A stretch of 64,000 nt of DNA from contig NC_043006.1 in the NCBI RefSeq assembly GCF_006345805.1, positions 43,896,001-43,960,000 on the forward strand. The letters are read 5' to 3'. The translations under genes and the position numbers were made by a program. Under the pieces are notes generated by a model. The model worked only from the letters and a program-made list of their open reading frames with translations. It did not search any database and was not told the DNA's origin. Source of the stretch: Octopus sinensis. Taxonomy: Eukaryota. This document shows positions 37,482 through 51,129 of this stretch, piece after piece; the first letter of the stretch is position 1; each line of letters opens with the position of its first letter.

Positions 37482-37496
37482 TGTTTGGGCTCTACC
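37482..37496 (-). CDS. Candidate 15-nt microexon GTAGAGCCCAAACAA (VEPKQ in phase 0, or G-RAQT in phase 1)
   Basis: CCCTTCATCTGTTTCTCAG acceptor followed 15 nt later by the consensus donor GTAAGT; length is a multiple of 3. Confidence 0.65.
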
Positions 37497-37560
37497 TGAG
37501 AAACAGATGAAGGGCTATAACTGAACATCTGTTGACATTTACAGCTGACATTTATATTGA

Positions 37561-37616
<56 letters not shown>

Positions 37617-38255
37617 ATATATATATATATATATATATATCATTCACTCCACTTATGTGTGTATGCATATATATATAATGTACATATAACAATAAATATG
37701 ATGATCATCATCATCATCGTTTAATGCCTACCTCCCATGCTAGCATGGGTGGGATATATATATATATATATATATATTTGCATGTTTGTTTTTATTTGTA
37801 TAAATATATATTTATATATGTGTGTGTGTGTGTGTTTCATTATACAAACATACATCATGTTGCCATGGTTAATTTAGTCTTTCACACCAAAGTCAACAGC
37901 TTTCATCTTTCCAGGGTTGATAAATACAACTCAGGGCATGGACGAGTGGAAACATCAGAGAGTTGAAAGAGACGCTGTACAAGTACCCTTTGCTCCAGTT
38001 CTAAGCAATCTCGATCCAAACCCTGCAGGTGACTTGCATGGGTAGCAGACTTAATCCATTGTTTGGATTAACACTACCACCTAAACACTTGAGTGCCTTT
38101 AGTAGAATCCATTCATGCTGCAGGCAATTGGAATAGGTCTCCAGTTTGAGAACGACTTGCTTCCTGCGAGTCCTGGAGGCCCTGTAAACGGTCATTGACA
38201 CTGCTCTTCCTTCACTGAGTAAGGGATTTATTTAGGTGCAAGCATGGTTGTGCAG

Positions 38256-38854
38256 TTAACCCTTTAGCATTTAGACCAGACATATCCAGCCCCAAATATT
38301 CTTTGTTTTATGTTCAATTCAACCAAACCTGGCTTCTCACACCTACCCTACAATGCAATTTTGGAGATATACAATTACATCATTGAAATCTCAAGTCTTC
38401 AAAATAAATTTAAAACAATGGCGTAGGAGTGGCTGTGTGGTAAGTAGCTTGCTTACCAACCACATGGTTCCGGGTTCAGTCCCACTGCGTGGTACCTAGG
38501 GCAAGTGTCTTCTACTATAGCCTTGAGCTGACCAAAGCTTTGTGAGTGGATTTGGCAGACGGAAACTGAAAGAAGCCTGTCGTATATGTGTGTGTGTATG
38601 TATACGTTTGTGTGCCTGTGTTTGTCCTCCCAACATCGCTTGACAACCAATGCTGGTGTGTTACGTCCCATAACTTAGCAGTTTGGCAAAAGAGACTGAT
38701 AGAATAAGTATTAGGTTTACAAAGAATAAGTCCTGGGATCGATTTGCTTGACTAAAGGCGGTGCTCCAGCAAGGCCACAGTCAAATGACTGGAACAAGTA
38801 AAACAGTAAATATTCGTTACATTTGACAGAGTAACCTGAATGCTAAAGGGTTAA
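38256..38854 (+). mobile_element. piggyBac-type MITE interrupted by a full tRNA-SINE (about 38420-38810)
   Basis: TTAACCCTTTAGCATT ... TGAATGCTAAAGGGTTAA. Confidence 0.75.
38420..38810 (+). mobile_element. SINE family A
   Basis: GGCGTAGGAGTGGCTGTGTGGTAAGTAGC head. Confidence 0.85.
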
Positions 38855-38967
38855 GAAGTTAATTTCTCAACCATGTTGTTTTGGGTTCAGTCTCACTGTT
38901 CAGCACCCGGGTAAAAGGCTCTAAAGGATTATAAAGTTATAGACATGCGCTCAAAATACCAACAGCT

Positions 38968-39426
38968 TTAACCCTTCAGCATTCATGCGTTTGAGAAGAA
39001 GACACATCAGGCCAAGCAAAATTGCAGTTGTGACAGATACCGATGTCGTGCAAATGGCACCTGTGCCAGTGGGTTGTAAAAGCACCTGTAACACTCCCAG
39101 AGTGATTGGCGTTAGGAAGGGCATCCAGCCGTAGAAAGCCATGCCAAATCAGACTGGAGCCTGGCAAAGCCTTCCAAAGTGCCAACTTAATCAAACCATC
39201 CAACTTATGCCAGCATGGACAACGGACGTTAAACAATGATGATGATGATGATGATGATTACTCTGTTAAATGTAATGCTTATTTATTCACATTGTTTTGA
39301 ATTAACTCTGCATTATCTCATAGTTTCAAGATTACATTGATTAAATCTTTAAATTATTTCAGCTTTAAAAATGGGTAGGTAAAATATTTGGGCCTGGTAT
39401 GGCCAGTTTAAATGCTAAAGAGTTGA
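38968..39426 (-). mobile_element. piggyBac-type MITE (reverse) interrupted by a SINE (about 38985-39258)
   Basis: TTAACCCTTCAGCATTCA, then the SINE with a (GAT)n tail, then the remainder of the reversed MITE. Confidence 0.7.
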
Positions 39427-39927
39427 ACCAGACAAAAATAAGGCAAATCTGAACAAACACACACACAAACAAAAAAAAAATGCAATAAATATGCAAAAGA
39501 TTCAGTAAATATTAGCATATTCAAATAATGGCTACTTAACAGAGTTCTTTGGTGCAAATCAGTTTAGAAAAATCTCATTCTTCGATTAAATTCAAAACAA
39601 GAATTTTATGTTATTACAGTTCCAGCTTAAGCTTCCAGAAATCATTTCACTATAATTATGTATTAAATGGGATAAGTTGCATTTTTTTTTGTTTTGTTGT
39701 TGTTCTCCTTCAGAATCTATTTTTGGTGATGTTTAGCTTTGTCCTGCTCTTACGTTCACCACTACCAATACTTACTGGGTTGTCACTAACCACACACGCA
39801 TGGACGTACACGTGGACTTGTACGTACAGGCACACAACATACACAGTGTGAACGGAGGCTCTAAAGTGATAGCGACAAGGCAATTCTCATCAGTTCATCT
39901 CGTTAGTTTCATCTGTACAGTCTACAC

Positions 39928-39987
39928 CTGCCAATGTGTGGTACACCTGCTGCCAACAGAGGGAGATGGGGGGAAGTCTTGCACTCA
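39928..39987 (-). CDS. Candidate 60-nt phase-1 cassette exon (V)SARLPPISLCWQQVYHTLA(G)
   Basis: TCTGTGTGTCTGTAG acceptor, open frame, weak G|GTGTAG donor. Confidence 0.25.
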
Positions 39988-40577
39988 CTACAGACACACA
40001 GACATCAACAAATGACAACCGCAGCCTGTTACAAAAGCCAAATAGAGAAAGCAACAAAAAGAAAACAAAAACAAGCAACACCAACATCATCATTATCATC
40101 ATCTGCACAGTCTGCAACCCTATGATGTGACTCTAGCTTGATGTTGAATTTTATCATCTGCCTCACTCTGTTGAGTTCTTATTTTTATATGTTTAAAATT
40201 AAATTCAAAATTAGGATGTTATGTGTAATTAACATGAAATTGGAAAAAGTAATAATCATAATTATTGAACTAGTGTACCGTAATGACCTGTCTTGCAAGT
40301 TACTTGGTGAATTGAGGGCACCATATAAAAAGCATTCCGTACATTCTGTAAAATGGTTGGTGCGAGGAAGAGCATCCAGCCATAGAAATAATGCCAAAGC
40401 AGACCGTGAAGCTTGGCACAGTCCTATGACTTGCCAGCTCCTGTCAAAATACACAACCCATACCAGCATGGACGTTAAACATTAAATGGTGGTGGTCATG
40501 GTGATGATGATGATGACAATGTTGATGATGGTGGTGGTGGTAGAGATGATGAAGAGGATGACAGTGAAGTCAAAACT

Positions 40578-40870
40578 GGTGGCTGGAGCAGCAGACTCAC
40601 AGTCAAGGGATCGCAGGTTCAAATTTCAGACCAGTCGATGTGTGTGTTTATGAGCAAAACACCTAAGTTTCACGCAGCTCTGGCAGAAGGTAATGACGAA
40701 CCTCTGCTGACTATTTCGCCACAACTTTCTCTCACTCTTTCCTTTTGCATCTAGCAGCTCACCTGCGACGGACCGGCGTCCCATCCAGGCAGGGAACCCT
40801 ATATGTCAATGAAACTGGGAAACCGGCCCTTATGAGCCAAGCATGACTCGAGAAGGAACAAACAATAAAC
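40578..40870 (+). mobile_element. tRNA-derived SINE, family D
   Basis: GGATCGCAGGTTCAAAT B-box-like head and CTGCGACGGACCGGCGTCCCATCCAGG body. Related fragments lie at about 4680-4910(-), 5790-6110(+) and 25225-25400(+). Confidence 0.65.
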
Positions 40871-41239
40871 ATTAAAACAAGTGATGTAGTTAAACTACAA
40901 AATGCAACTGACAATTCTATAATAAAAAGGGGGAAAGAAAGAAAATACCAACTGTTTGTACTTATAATGGTCAAACATCCAACTCTTTACACAACAACTG
41001 GTCACCTACACGACTTAAGGTAACTGACACTAACTGCCAAGGTTACAAATTCCAGCTTATACAAAGATTGAGAGATTGTTCTATGATGATGATGGATAGA
41101 GTGGCAATGAGAGGCTGAGATGAGTCATGGCACAAAATTAGTGGTAACAAAAATCATAATTACACTGAGATGTAATGATATTTACAGCAAGAAAATGCTG
41201 TAGAAGTAAAGCAACGAATAAATCACAAATGATGGCAGT

Positions 41240-41640
41240 GGTATAGCTGTGGGGTTAAGAAGCTTTCTCTGCAACCACATGGTATCAGGTTCAGTCTCAC
41301 TGTGTGGAACCTTGGCCAAATGTCTTCTGCTATAGCCTCAGGCCAACCAATCCATTGTGAGTGAATTAGGTAGATGGAAACTGTGTAGAAGCCCATCATG
41401 TGTGTGTGGGTGTGTGCACGCGTTCACATGCTTTATGTTTATGTTTGTCCCACCACCACTTGACAGTTGGTGCTGGTTTATGTCCCTGTGACTTAGCAGT
41501 TCAGCAAAAGAGACTGACAGAGTAAGTGCCAGGCTTTAAAAAGCACTGAGATTGATTTGTATGACTACAAACTCTCCTAGGCAGTGCTCCAGTATGGTCA
41601 TAGTCCAATGACTGAAATGGCTGAAAGACAAAACAAACAA
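41240..41640 (+). mobile_element. SINE family A (diverged)
   Basis: Homologous head, body and tail. Confidence 0.75.
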
Positions 41641-42062
41641 TACAGCAATTTTTAGTATCATTATACTGTTGAGTCACCATATACCTGAAGCAACTGAAAA
41701 TACAGCACAAGCACATACATTAATTGTGTGTATGCACACACATACATAAACCTATTCTTCCCTTATAGCTATTTGATGGTCTTAAGATTAAACGCAAATT
41801 TATCTGTAAACGTTTCAACAACAGAAATGCATAAAGATGTTAATGGGATCTCTGAGAATGGTAACCAACTGTTAGTTTTATAGAAAGATATTGTTGTGGC
41901 AAGACTTTCTTACAATGACTGTATAGTTAGATCAGTGGTTCTCAGCCAGGATCCATATGGCCCCTAAGGGCTCATATAATATTTTTAGGGGGCTACGTAC
42001 CGAAATAACAAATTGGGGATCCACAAATAGTATTTCAAGGGCCTCTGAAAAAATTTTGCTTT

Positions 42063-42228
42063 GAGCAGGAGAGGTTGTGTGGTAAGTAGCTTGCTTACCA
42101 ACCACATGGTTCTGGGTTTATTCCCACTACGTGGCACTTTGAGCAAGTGTCTTCTACTATAGCCTCGGGCCGACCAAAGCCTTGTGAGTGGATTTGGTAG
42201 ACGGAAACTGAAAGAAGCCTGTTGTACA

Positions 42229-42259
<31 letters not shown>

Positions 42260-42315
42260 TGTGTGTTGTGTGTGTGTGTGGTGTGTGTGTGTGGTGTGTG
42301 TGTGTGTGTGTGTGT

Positions 42316-42365
<50 letters not shown>

Positions 42366-42575
42366 TGTCTGTCTGTCTGTCTGTCCCCCAACATCACTTG
42401 ACAACCGATGCTGGCATATTTACATCCCCGTAACTTAGCGGTTCGGCAAAAGAGACCAATAGAAGAAGTACTAGGCTTACAAAGAATAAATCCTGGGGTC
42501 GATTTGCTTGACTACAGGTGGTGCTCCAGCATGGCCGCAGTCAAATGACCGAAAGTAAAAGAGTAAAAGAAAAAA
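42063..42575 (+). mobile_element. SINE family A nested in the hAT MITE
   Basis: Homologous; expanded (TG)n tract. Confidence 0.85.
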
Positions 42576-42712
42576 AGTGTATGTATGTGTTGGTATATAT
42601 TAAAAGAAACAGCTAAGTTTCTTCCTCTAACAGCTAACATACTTGAAACTACACAAGTTAATGTGTGAAAAACCGAATAGGAATTTTCAAAGAAGTTTCT
42701 ATAAAACTAATT

Positions 42713-42931
42713 TTTACCCCTTCAGCATTCAGATTTCTTGGTCAAATGTATTGCTTATCTATTCACATTGACATGAATTAGTCATACATTACCTTGTAGC
42801 TTTGAAATTTCAATGATGTGATTATTTATTTTCAGAATGACATTGTAAGAGGCCAGATCTGACCAGTTTGAATATAAAACAGGTAGAATATTTTGGCCAG
42901 ATATCACTGGTTTAAATACTTAAGGGTTTAA
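42713..42931 (-). mobile_element. piggyBac-type MITE nested in the hAT MITE
   Basis: Reverse-orientation copy of the same 230-bp family. Confidence 0.7.
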
Positions 42932-44899
42932 ATGTCAAATAGCTACAATGGTCCACCAGAATAAAATAATAATCAAAGGGGTTCATCAGTAAACAATGCT
43001 TGAGAACCCCTGGGTTAGATGGAGGACAAAAGAAAGAGACAAAGGTTAGTAAAATATTGAGTGAGTGGTTAGATATATGAAAACTCTGAGTAATGGATAA
43101 ATGTTCCCCCCTCTTCCACTCTCAACACAGACATGCACTAATCATTCACATCTGTTTTTAGCCAGAAAGAATCTCCAATAAGGTGGGTAATAAGATTGCA
43201 AGAAAAAAAAATGTAACACAGCTCTGAGGTAACAACCAGGATAATTATGGACATCTCTGGTAAACATTCTAAGAGCAATTAGGCAACTACTTGTTCATCA
43301 TTACTATTGTCATCTTGATAGAAGCAGATGGGTGAGAGAGCCATGTTGTAATAGCTGCTAAAGAAGTGGGGGTGGACGTGTTCATGCGTGCATGTGGCTT
43401 GCAAATTCGGTCTCAAATTAATAAGAAACCTGATTTGTTTTTTATTTAGGATAATTTAAAAAATAATGAACATTCTTATTCTTAGAAACTCATTAACTAC
43501 ACATAATGATAGATCAACATGCCAGGTACGGATGGATGTGGATGGATGAAGGAACATGTGTGGATCCACTTGTTGAAATATGAAGGTGCATGACAGTGCA
43601 AGCGTTTGCATGTGTGTATGTTTCAAAGTATGATCAAAGACAGAAGAGAAAAGGAGTAAAGGATGTATCGATTAGAGAATGGATGCGGGTAGGAACTTAT
43701 GTATCAATACATGTGTTTCTGAGCGTGTCAATGAATATTTTACATGTTACTGTGCAGACCCAGAATTCATTGAACAAATCCAGTTATTTGAAGTATCATA
43801 ACTTTTCAATCATGAAGCACTTGAAGCACAAAATTTTCAAGCGCATTATAAATCAGTATATTTTTAAGAAATGTTTAGGAACAAACCTACAAATCTTCCT
43901 CTGTGGTCATAAAAATGTATGACTACTCTTCTAATCTATGTTTGATAGAGCAAGATGGTTAACTTCAAAATATATAGTTGACATTTTAAAAATATCAAAA
44001 GATTTACTGAAAAAGATTGGGTGGTTACATTTTGCAAGTGAAGTAATTTCTTAGAAGCTCCCTTGCTATTTCAGCTATGGATGCATAGATGTGGTGCCAG
44101 GGTCAAAAGGAGGAATGTATGAATATGGTCATAAAGTGTAAAACAGATGGGTCACCTCACAAGAAATTTCAAATGAAACATCTTTTGTGAAGTTTCTACC
44201 AGTAGTAATGCTGGTTTATGAATCACACTGAAAGGTCAAACAAGTGAGTTTGTATAGAGATGAGATGAGAGAGTAAGACAGTGTAGGTAGTGATTCTTTG
44301 AAAATGGGTAAAATGATGGTGGAGAGTCAAACTAAAACAACAGGACAACAAGAAAATTACATCTATCCACATTCATCACAGATTCATTCATCACTGACCC
44401 AGGATAACATGGTATGCTCAATTGTGAATCATGTTAATCTTATCACAAATTGATCTGTGATAACATGGGTCAGCAATTAGTCAAAGATTCTGATGTTCTG
44501 ATGTTTCTCAGTTACTTTTATTTGGGGTCAATGTAATTGACTAGCCTGTGCCCCCAAAATTTCAAGCCTTGTGCCTATAATAGAAAGGATTATTATTATT
44601 ATTATTATCATTATTATTATTATTATTATTATTATGAGTGGTTGGTGTTAGGAAGGGCATCCAGCTGTAAAAATCCTGCCAAAACAGTCAAAGAAGTCTG
44701 GTGCAGGCTTTGGCCTGGCCGTCTCTTGTGGTACCATCCCACCCAGGCTAGCATAGAACACAGACGTTAAACAATGATAATATGAAAACTCACAGCTTAT
44801 TTTGCTGGGTATGATGGAAGCTGTCAGCTGTCCACAGCCAGCAGACTGAGGTGACACTTGTTTATCATTATTATTTTCATTATTATTATTATTATTATT

Positions 44900-45120
44900 T
44901 AAGGTGGTGAGCTGGCAGAATCACCAGCACGCTGGGCAAAATGCTTAGCAGTATTTCGTCTGTCTTTACATTCTGAGTTCAAATTCCGGCAAGGTTGATT
45001 TCGCCTTTCATCCTTTCGGGGACAATAAATTAAGTAGCAGTTGTGTACTGGGCTCGATCTAATCGACTGCTCTTGCTTCCCCCAAATTTCAGGCCTTGTG
45101 CCTATAGTAGACAGGGTTAT
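44900..45120 (+). mobile_element. SINE family B
   Basis: GGTGGTGAGCTGGCAGAA head, full body. Confidence 0.8.
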
Positions 45121-45159
45121 TATTATTACTATTATTATTATTATTTACTGATGATATTC

Positions 45160-45538
45160 TTTATTCTTTACTTGTTTCAGTCATTTCACTGCAGCCATGC
45201 TGGAGCACCACCGTTAGTTGAATCAAATCGACCCCAGGACTTATTCTTTGTAAGCCTAGTACTTATTCTATCGGTCTCTTTTGCTGAACTGTTAAGTTAC
45301 CGGGACATAGACAAGCCAACATCGGATGTCAAGTGATGGTGGGGTAGACAAACACAGACACATAAGCACATATAAGACAGGCTTCTTTCAGTTTCCATCT
45401 ACCAAGTCCACTCACACGGTTTCGGTTGGTCTGAGGCTGTAGCAGAAGACACTTGCGCAAGGTGCCACGCAGTGGGACTGAACCCAAAACCATGTGGCTG
45501 GTAAGCAAGCTTCTTACCACACAGCCACTCCTGTACCT
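45160..45538 (-). mobile_element. SINE family A
   Basis: Homologous to the other copies. Confidence 0.85.
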
Positions 45539-48500
45539 AATTATATAATCATTAAACACACCTGTTTTCAGTTTATGTTATACGCATATTTAGACACAGG
45601 ATTCTCCTACCAAGCATCTCTGACATAAGCAGCAATCTGCAGAACACTTTAATACAGCTGGGTTTGAAATGCTGTGCTCAAATGAAGATGTTTCAACAGT
45701 TTTAAAGATCAGAGAGAAATGGAAGTGTGCAAGATACTGTTTACTTTCCATTATAGATGCTATTCAGTAATGCTATTTTCCAAAGTTTATCTAATAATCG
45801 CTTCAGAACATAAAATGCGGTCTAGAAAACTCACAGCATTAACAAAATGCTATCAATGAAGGTTTAATAATAATACGAAGAAGAATGATAATATTAATAC
45901 TAATAATAATAATAATGAAGACGAAGAAAATATAAGGATTCTGTCATGATTTAAATGCTACTTGTGAATGCCAAAGCTATAGGTAGTAGCACTGGTGTGT
46001 GTGTGTGTATGTATGTGTATGCATGTGTTTCAGTGTATGTGTGTATGTATGTATGTGCACGCACATGCATGTGTATCATCATCCTCATCATCACAGATAC
46101 TGTCGAACTCCCCAACCGATGCCAGAATGGGTTGCAGAGTTTGACTGGAACCAGCAAGCTGCAAGGCTGCACCAATCTCCTCTATCAGTTTCAGCAAGGT
46201 CTTTGCAGTTGGATGCCCTTCCTAATGCCAACCACTTTACAATGTATACTATCTACTTCTCCCCCCCCCCCCATTCCACTGGCATTAGTGAGGTTGCCAG
46301 GGAACTTGCAAGACAGGAAAAGCACAAAAAAAAAAGAAAAAGAAAAAGCACCTCTGACTAAGTGAGAGGAGGAGGGTTAGAAGGAGGAAGGTGAGTTAGA
46401 GAGAGAGGGGGTTAGAGGGAGGAAGTGGCTTTGTGCTAAATGTTTGTAGGTTAATATAATAGAGAGACGAGTACAGGTGTCTTGTTATAGTGGAGATATG
46501 CGTAAAAACTTTCATTGATATTATAAAAAATTAGCTCACTTGGTGAAATACCTTAATAGCAATCGCCTCTTAATTGATTTCATAGCTTTCAAATGGCTAT
46601 TGGCTCACTATCACTGATGAAGTGAGAGCGTGACAAGAAACTAGATATGAAATTCATCCGGGAAGGAAAACCAAGCTAAGATAATTAATTTTATTATTGT
46701 ATTTTTGATTATTTTAAATATTCAGAAATATCAAACAATATTTAGAAATCCTCACTGAAAGCTGATGCTCCAGCATGACCGCAGCCAAGTGATCGAAACA
46801 AATACAAGAATAAAAAAATACATGAATAGATAGTAGAGAAGATTCTTGAAACCTGCAGCTGACAACGTCTCATGTGATAATGGCAATGATAAAATGGATT
46901 CAGACCTGTGATAACACAGGATTATCTATCCTCTCATAAGATGCAACACTGTAAAAACCTTGCAATGACTTGCACAACATGTGAAAATCCAAGGTTGCCA
47001 ATGGAACATGAGAGCAAAAAGATTGCAAATGTCAAGATGAAGTTGTATATAAACTGAATGAATGATTAAAGTGCCAAATGAGATGCATTGTGACATTTAT
47101 TAGTCATCTTTCATTGTGGGGGTTGATGTCACTAGGGTGAACTTTGCCTTTCAGCATTCCAAGATTGATAGAGAATCGGTTTAGGGCAGTGGACTGGCAG
47201 AAGTATTAGAGCAACCAGATGGGACGTTTCATGGCATTTGTTCTGGGTCTTTGGAATGAGACAATTGGATGTATGGCTGTTTGGACACTGGTGATTTGGC
47301 ACAATGACTGGACGTTTGGCCTGTTTTGGTGATAGTGCTTTTTGGCACTAGAGGCACACACTCATGCACACATGCATGTACACACACACACGCACACACA
47401 CACACACACAAGTGCATGCAGAAATAAACGCATAGAGAGACAGGGGTGAGACAAAAAAGGAGTGGAGAAGAGAGAGGAGAAACAGGGTGAGAGAGGGAGA
47501 GAAGTGAAAGCCGGTGAATGGGTGAGAGAAGAATAGCGGTGAGAGAGACAAGGACAAGAGAGGGGGAGAGGGACGAGAGAGGGATGGGGAGGTGAGGGGA
47601 AGGAGAAGAGAGGAGATTAGGGAGGGATGGAATATAGGCATGGGGCAGGAGGGTCAGTTGGAGGAGAGAGGGCATGGGGGTGAAGCTTCAAAAAGGTTTA
47701 ATGCCAAATAAGACCACATTAAATCAGCAACACTGAAGAGATGGGGCCAAAACATCTCATATGTCTGCCTCTGAGTTCAGGGCTCAAAAATGTTGCTATG
47801 GTCTACTTGGATGTAAGGTTTAGTTTATCACCCCTGCTTTAACACCATCAACTATGTATGGCAGGGACAGGGGTCCGTACATAAACCCAAACCACGTACA
47901 CATGGACAGAAAGAAAGAGAGAGATTCATATAAGATTACTATCATTCGGTAAAGTACTCAATACATGCTATAACAGAGAGTTTGGAGATTGAGTTCTTTG
48001 ACTGAATCAGCCATTTCAAATTCCTCAGAGAACCTTCATCGAGAGCACAATATTACCGAAATGGAGCTGTATCTAGGTTTATATACAAATATTCAAATTA
48101 GCAAGGTGGGGAGGGATAAAAAGAAAATTCTCTAAAACCAATTTGTAACAGTAATATTTCACTTGTATTTTTTAACCTAATGGAATTACGGGAGAAGCAA
48201 GACAGTGCCATGCGACTTTAAAAAAAAGTGGTTGATATTCAAATTATACTTGAAAGCCATAAAGGAAATTAGAAATTATTTCAGAAATAGATCTTTAGCA
48301 AAAAAATAATTGAATATATTCTAAAAATTGATTGAGTGATATTGTTGTAGTGATTCTTTTTTTTTTTTTTGGCATTTTTTGTTCTTCATAGAGAAGGGAA
48401 GATAACCTCAGTTAAACTTTATAGTGAGATACAAGTGTAATACAAGAATTAATTAGTAATGTAAAATACAAACATATTTTCCAAGCAGAACACATAACAC

Positions 48501-48633
48501 CAGTCTAGATTTTGCTCTCTTACCTTTCAAACATATAATGAGTATAAGTATGTATGATTGTGAGTGTATGTATATATGTGTGCCTGTGTATGTATATGTA
48601 TATATATATGCGTGTGTGTGTGTGTGTATATGT

Positions 48634-48683
<50 letters not shown>

Positions 48684-49039
48684 TTTCCATAAACACACAC
48701 ATACTCAACAGCATGCACATGTGCATACACAGAGGTGTGAAAGAGAGGGAGAGAGGTAGAGAGAGAAGAAGGTAATTCTAGTTGCACATTGTTCTGCATA
48801 GATGCTGTATGGTTTGGTTAGATAGAAGAAAAGATAGAGAAACAGGAACTGTGTTAGTGGTGTGTTAGAAGATATAAGACGTGGTTACACTTTATTTAAA
48901 GGCTGTATAAATTAAGTATTTGGTCTGAGTGTAGAGTCCCAAGAGAAATGAAGACATAAGATTCTTCTCCAATAGAATATAGCTGAAATTATATATACAT
49001 GCATATATAAATACATTCATACACCACACACATACTCAA

Positions 49040-49089
<50 letters not shown>

Positions 49090-49682
49090 TACACACACAC
49101 ACTAAGCAGTCCCAGACAGCATTCCGATATCTTGAACACCACCCACCCTCCTGGCTTTTGAGACAAAAGACTTGATAATACAAGCTGATAACAGACCAAA
49201 GAAAAGCAGAACATGTTTTCAACCAGTAAAATGCTACACAAACAAACAAACAAACCCTTCTCCCGCTCCATTCTCCCCCATCTGCACCTACAGGCATGCA
49301 CACACACCCACCCACCCCCACCCCATCCAGCAATTTCTTGGTCTTCTACGCCATCACCTACACACGAAATATAATGTATGTATGGAGGATTAGAAATTTC
49401 ATGAAGAGAATCTTTAAATAGACCTGTTAATACATCAATAGAGGGAGTAGCGGTGGCAGTAAGAGTTAGGTGAGGTGAGGAATTAATACGGGGGGGGGGG
49501 CATTTCTAAATAACAGTAAATCAGGCATACAAACACACATACATACATACATACATACATATGTGTACACACACATATATATAGATATAAATACATATAT
49601 ATATACATGCATGTGCATATACATATGTATATGCATATATTTATATGTACACATACATAATATAGCTTTATATGCGTGTGTC

Positions 49683-49727
<45 letters not shown>

Positions 49728-51129
49728 CATAATACACACATACACAATATGCAGTATAGCAATGAATATGACAGCGAATAGAAAACTTCAAAGAAAGTTG
49801 GGGGTTTTTTTTTTGTCTCTTTATTTTTATTTTTTTGTGGGAGTCATTTCTCTTCACACCTTCCACATTCTAGAGATCCCAAGTTGGTTGGTTGGTTGGT
49901 GAAACTTGTCGAAACATAAGCAACGGTGCTTAGCTATACAGAGTGTAAGAACCATTTCGGTAGTTAAGAATATATAGAAGATATGAGATTCCAGCTCCAG
50001 TATGCAGATACCATATAAAGTCTCAAACTAACTTCATGGACAAATCTTAGTCGGAATCAACATCCTGCCATTAACAGCTATATTGCACATTAGCTCATAT
50101 TTAATGTGGACAGGGAAAGAGAAGGGGGTAGATGGAGGGGACAAGTAATAGAGATGGAGTTACAGGAGAGCGGGACAGACAAATGGACAGATGGAAAAAG
50201 ATATAAAGGAGAAGAGAATAAGGAAAGGAAATTAGAAAAAGGAGAAATGAGGGGAGAGAGAGCGAGAGAAATAGAGTATGTGTAGAGAGAGAAGGGGAGT
50301 AATATAGTCCGAAAGAAAATGAAGAGAGATTGGGTGTCGGAAAGAGGAGAAGTGGGACAAAAGACATTGGAAAAAATATAAAAGAGAGCGAGAAGGAAAA
50401 CGAGAGATCTAGATAAGAAAGTCATAGTGAAAAGAGATAAAGAAATCTAGATAACAAACAAGGGAAAGAAAGATTAAAAAGAGAGAGAGCGGAGGAGAGA
50501 TAAAGGGAGAAAGGATAAAAGATTGAGTATTAAATTGCATAAGAAACAGATATGTAAGAACAAGAAAAGTCAGTCTCTGTTAAAATCTATTCAATAATAT
50601 AGCATTTTATTCATTTTACAATAATAATACTTCTTGATGATCTAACTCAGCAAGAAAAATATGTTACATTCTGAACAGGTGGAAGTAGGTTCAAATCTAG
50701 CCTACATACAGGTTTCACACAATTTGAATATATTCAACTACAGTTTATTGGACAACGGTGGGGGCGGAAGACAGACAGAGAGAAGCTATGAGACTAAAGA
50801 CTAACTACATTTGCAATATAATGTATTTGAAGTAATTTTATATATAGGGAGAGTTTATGAAAAAAACAAAAGACAAAGACAGGTGGTACACAAAACAAAC
50901 AAATGTATTAGTATAACACTCATGAATAGAAAAAGTCTTTTACATTTCAAGCCTATGCTCTTCTACAGAAAGGGACACAGAAAAAACAAGGAGAAAAAAA
51001 TGTGTGTAGTGGCTAACGATCTATCATAGATCGCAGATGAGAATTGAGGCCAGTAAAAGACAGGCATGGTCTGTCACAGACTGTGCACACAAAAAGGCCA
51101 TTGCCATATATATATATATATATATATTC

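Larger units (their letters stand above)
41933..43012. mobile_element. hAT-type MITE with a nested SINE and a nested piggyBac-type MITE
   Basis: Ends CAGTGGTTCTCA ... TTGAGAACCCCTG; 8-bp TSD AGTTAGAT/GGTTAGAT (7 of 8 match). Confidence 0.8.

Noticed and set aside
47229-47675. Pro/Leu/Ser-rich ORFs here and at 50090-50425 and 57887-58336
   Set aside because: They are the complement of GA-rich purine tracts, with no splice or homology support.
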